A DNA stretch of 49,632 bases, from positions 461,509 through 511,140 of the forward strand of contig JBNGIO010006289.1 of assembly GCA_049999805.1 (NCBI GenBank), written 5' to 3'. Position numbers and translations under genes: made by a program. The notes beneath the pieces are model-generated. The model worked only from the letters and a program-made list of their open reading frames with translations, had not been told where the DNA came from and made no database searches. Shown here piece after piece: positions 45,201 through 49,632 of this stretch; the first letter of the stretch is position 1; every line of letters starts with the position of its first letter. The DNA is from Folioceros fuciformis. Taxonomy: Eukaryota.

Positions 45201-48200
45201 GCCAATTCCTACTCACTGGGAATGCAAGATGGTGGAGAGTCAACAAACGGATGCACTCCACACTCTTGACTCCTATTCCATGGATGCTGCTCAGAAAATC
45301 CCTGCGTGCCAAACACCAGAACAAAGTGTCAACCAAGTGTAGCCACCTCTGGAAACAAAGATAAACGAACACGTGGACCTACAGTCCAAGAACGTACCTA
45401 GTGATAGCTGGTGGAAGATCTCTAAGCCACTCCAGGTCAATAGTCCCAAGGTGTTGCTTGATGCGACTGAGGAAGTTCTGCAGGAAAATGCATATCAAAC
45501 AAGGTAATTCATGCACCGCGACACAACTTTGGAACGCTCCTGATCACCATCGAAATCATTCTCCCTTCCTTTGGCAATATAGATAAGATCATGAGGAGGC
45601 GCGACAAAAAAACCGCAGCTCATGCAATGAGTCGCATATAACACCCTTGCTCGAGGGAAGGTGAGTTTCCTTACGTGTATTCTTCCAGACAACATATAAT
45701 TCATTCCTCGTTCCCTGATTACTGATGCAACTTCTTGGACATCTGCCTTTAACACTGCTTCCCAATCAACTGCGTCCACCGGGGGATCTTTCCTAGGCAC
45801 CTCTCCAGACGGTCGAGGAGGAATCCTGTCTTTAACCAAGTCCCAATTAATTTCAATCTTCCGTTCTCCAGGGTCGGCCTCCATTTGTGCTCTCTGCGGC
45901 CCAGTTAAGCGAGGCTTCCTTGGTTTCCGATGAGAAGTGGCACGCTTAGCACCCTTCAACAGAGCTGGTCCATCATCAGAAACATTATCCCCGACAACTG
46001 TCAAAGTTTCGGACATGCTTGCTTTCAGCTCCGGGGAAATAATGGCAATTGGAACAGCCCCATAGTCACGTTCCCCATCAACAATCCTGCGATCCTGCAT
46101 CCGTGCAGGATTTACATCGTGGTGATCTTCTGAACTGGAAATACAACAGAGTCCACTGCCATTATCCACATTAGAGGGCAGATAGTCTCCAACCACCGTT
46201 GCATTGTCAGCATCTCCTTCCTGCTCAAGTTGCTTGTCAAATGCACCGTTCAACTGCTCACCAACTTTTTGCCTAGACGTGCAGTCATTTCCTGCTTGGC
46301 CAGGTGCACAAGCTGTAGCTTGCCCACGGTCAGTAGCAGTATCCACGACTGCAGACGAGCTACACCGTCCATCGTCCTCAGACAAGCATGATACCAGCAC
46401 CTCCGAGGACCTGGACGAATTGTCACAGGTGTGCTCGGGTGGAATCTGCTGAGCCCTGTTGCAAGCAAAATCCTCTTCATACCGCAATTCTGAAGCAGTT
46501 TGCACCTGAAGAGCTGCAGTTGCTTCATGTGTTTTTATGCTCATCAAGCAACTGCAGCTTTTCACCTCAACTCGTACATCCTCCTGTTGTCTGCCTTGGC
46601 AACGACAATGTTCTCCTTCCACAGGTCTCTTGAATGAATTTGAAGTCAAAGGCAAGGGGCATTCCAATGGACTGGCTGGGGAAGTTCTACATGACTGCAG
46701 ATAGTGGAAAACAGCTTCTCCCTGTTCCCTGCTCATGGTGTTACCAAAAGAATCAAGGCAACCAAAGTCACCATTTGAGCGATGAGGTACAAAATACCCT
46801 ATTTCAGCCATGGCCCGCCCTTGAGCCTCCTCTTGCCTGATCGTTTTCTCCTCGCTTCCCAACCGTGGGTTCACAATTGAAGGCAACGGACGGCTTGCAC
46901 AGCTTTCTTCAGGCACACTAGAATCTGGTGTACGATCTGAAGCGAAATCCATGCAATTTGTGACGGAGCTGGGCCTTGTCACATCCATCTTGCAAGCATT
47001 GAGTTGGTCCTTGTCTCCGGCTGTCCCATGGACATCACTAATGTTACCAGTGCCGGTTCGTCCATCGTCATCTTTCTTGTAAAGTTTCATGGGATATTTC
47101 GAAGCAAGGGCCATGAAGGCGCTACTGTAAACCCAAAAGCAGATGGAAACAAGTTGGTACTTGCTGCTCCTCTATGAAAGGGAATGCTGAAGACAAATGA
47201 GGCAAGGGCGAGCATACCTGGAAAGCTGATCAGACACATTCTGCGTAAGGAACACGCCCACCACAGAATCCACAACTGAACCCCACCAGGGAGTGAATTT
47301 ATGGTCCCCTGCCAGCGGACGAGAGAAACGTAAGGACACCAGAGAGGAAGAGGAGAGGGCAAGAGGAAGAAACAAGACGATGACGTGCGTACCTTGCACT
47401 TGACCCACTCTAAGGAGAAACAATTCCACCAAGCGTGTCATGGCAGCCTTCTCTGCTTCCCATTTCAGGGACTGGACGCCGTCCTCATCGATAAGCATGA
47501 GGTTGTCCATGATACATTTGAAGCGCCTTGCCGATGCTTCATCGTGCAACGCCTTGGCTCTAAACTTCTTCGGCTTCTTCGATGTCCGCTTGTCGCCTTG
47601 AAATAGGACCACATCGGTGACCTCGTTCCGGAGCACAATTGACAGCCTGAGCCTGCTCTCATCAATCGAGCATCCAGAGGCCTCCGTAAGTTGTGGCTGG
47701 TCCAAAGCCTGAGGAGCAAGCGCCAGCTGCAGATTGTGCGCTGGGGACATGCCAGCCTCCAGGCAGTGCTGCTGAACCACGGTGTTGTGAGACTCGAGGT
47801 GAGCATTCCGCACAGCCAGTGGGGAGGGAGAGACGGGGAGAACCCAGGACTCCGGAGAGTCTGCATTGTGGAAAGGCTGGATGCTCTCGTCCACGGTGCG
47901 ATCCGAGTGTTCGGAACTGGGCCATACGGGACAGACCTCATTCCCTGTGCTGTTGTTGGCGGCATTGCGCTGGAAGGCGTTGGCAGTCACCACGACCTGC
48001 GACCAACTAAGGTACAGATTACAGGAGTTACAGGTGCAGGAGGGCGGGTGCCCTGGCCCTGGTGATTGAACCGGCACTTCTGCACCATCAACAGCAGTTG
48101 CAGCAGTAGCAGCCTTGGCCCTGCCTCTCCTGCGCGACGCCGCTGTCTGGCCCTGAACCTCGCCCTCCGCCTTTCTTCTCTTCCTCGAAAACTTGTCCTT

Positions 48201-49631
48201 TTCCTCGCCCTCTGCCTTGCCCCTTCTCTTCGTTCGAGACTTCTCCGGCGTCTCCTTCCCCACGCTGTTGTCCACGAAATTGCGAATGCGTTGCTCTGCT
48301 GGATCCAACGTCTCCTGTTCAGCAGCAGGCTGCTGCTTCCTGGGCCTGCCCTGCTTCTTCCGAGGCTTGTCCGCCTTAGGCACCGCGGCCTTCTTTACCC
48401 GCCTGCGATCCTTGAACACCTTGGGCGTGTACTTTTTCCTGGGTTTGCGCTCTGGACTGGGCTCGCTGTTGAGATCGAACAGGCCGGGGCCATCCACCTT
48501 GCTCCTTTGGGTCAAGGGGACGGGCACTGGGACGGTGTCGGCCAAGGGAGCCTCCTGTAGCTGCTGCTGCGAAATTGGTAGCACCACCTCCAGCTCCCGT
48601 TCTCGGTCTGAGATTTGCAAGAGGGAGGCGGGGTCCTGGGAAGCGAGGGCGTCGGCGTCGGATGAATCCGTGAGCAATGCAAGAGGCCTTCTGAGAGGTT
48701 CGCATCTTTCGTGCGGAGTGACAGGCTCTTGAAGTGGCAGCTGTCCAGGGGCTACGGACTGTGCCTGTCCCGGTCCTGGCCTTGGAAATGCCTGATGGGA
48801 GGAGGAAGCATCGCGCGCGGCAGAGCTGCTGCAGTCAACGGAAGTGGAAGGCGGTCTGTGGGCCTGCGCCTGAGGCGAAGTCGGAATGTAGTGGGTGGCT
48901 GGTACTCCATAGGTCAAGCTCCTCCTGACCGAGGGCCTGAAAGGTTGTGTTTCCGCCGCTAGCCCATTCTGCTGCGTCTCAAAAATCGCAAACGCTTGCT
49001 CCACCACCAGCAGGGAGGAGGAGGGCCGGGATGTCAGGCCCGGAGCTTGCTGCTGCTCCTCCTCTGAGCGACGGCGAAAATGCTGCTGCGGCTGGTAAAG
49101 GAGCTGCGGTTGCTGAATGACCCTCTCCTGTTGCTGCCGGTACAGGAACTGCTGCTCCTGTTGCTGCATCAAATTCTCTTGCTGCTGCTGTTGCTGCATC
49201 AAATTCTCTTGCTGCTGCTGGTGCTGCATCAAATTCTCTTGTTGCTGCTGGTGCTGCATCAAATTCTCTTGCTGCTGCTGGTGCTGCATCAAATTCTCTT
49301 GCTGCTGCTGTTGCTGCATAAACTTCTCTTGCTGCTGCTGTTGCTGCATAAACTTCTCTTGCTGCTGCTGTTGCTGCATAAACTTCTCTTGCTGCTGCTG
49401 TTGCTGCATAAACTTCTCTTGCTGCTGCTGTTGCTGCATAAACTTCTCTTGCTGCTGCTGTTGCTGCATAAACTTCTCTTCCTGCGCATGCTGGTGCTCC
49501 TGATAATATAAAGGCGGCGCATGCTGCTGTTGCTGGTAATAAAAAGGCGGCGCCTGCTGCTGCTGGTAAAGGACCAGCGGCCGCGACTGCTGCGGCTGAT
49601 GCAGCATGGAATTCCCATGGTAGGAGTAGGG
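42294..49631 (-). CDS. DME: DEMETER/ROS1-like 5-methylcytosine DNA glycosylase/lyase, multi-exon; frame open to window edge (first in-window ATG at 49607)
   Basis: Domain A GSVVDSVVGVFLTQNVSDQLSSSAFMALASKYP; HhH-GPD GIGVKSVECIRLLTLHHLAFPVDTNVGRI with catalytic K and D; YELHYQMITFGKVFCTKSKPNCQACPMRDEC (4Fe-4S); RRM_DME IPCRTAMRGTFPLNGTYFQKNEVFADH...CVRGFDRITRAPKPL. Confidence 0.95.
43781..43945 (-). repeat. Coding 27-bp tandem repeat x6 encoding CSAP(K/N)NCxx, a six-CxxC array
   Basis: CSSPKNCGGCSAPKNCGGCSAPKNCGGCSAPNNCRDCSAPNNCGNCSAPNNCWNC, in frame within the DME exon at about 44366-43614. Confidence 0.92.
49149..49478 (-). repeat. Coding 30-bp tandem repeat x11 (EKFMQQQQQQ x6, ENLMQ(H/Q)Q(Q/E)QQ-type x5) in the DME N-terminus
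   Basis: 330 bp of near-perfect 30-mers in two homogenised blocks. Confidence 0.95.
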
Positions 49632-49632
49632 G

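Noticed and set aside
49080-49511. Poly-Leu and poly-Cys ORFs on the plus strand
   Set aside because: Antisense readings of the DME polyQ repeat.

Overview
Gene-dense, short-intron nuclear DNA from a green plant. The compact layout and gene content suggest a non-seed land plant such as a hornwort or other bryophyte (inference). From 5' to 3': an intronless domesticated hAT-like gene (5'-truncated), an At4g24090-like plastid membrane protein, a Codanin-1 (CDAN1) homologue, PG18, an uncharacterised plastid-type protein, a five-exon centromeric histone CENH3 that the ORF track misses, MED31, TAF5, patatin/LRR/ARM phospholipase A I, and a TPM-domain protein. An ~8 kb repeat island follows, with a decayed Ty3/Gypsy integrase carrying a PHD-finger remnant, a PPT and LTR, and several tandem repeats. 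The window ends with a DEMETER/ROS1-like 5mC DNA glycosylase whose frame is open to the window edge. The most notable observations are the plant Codanin-1 with two ASF1-binding B-domain-like motifs, and a DEMETER-like protein that has lost the cysteines of its permuted CXXC finger but carries a tandem array of six CxxC motifs. All family assignments come from recalled motifs; no database search was run.
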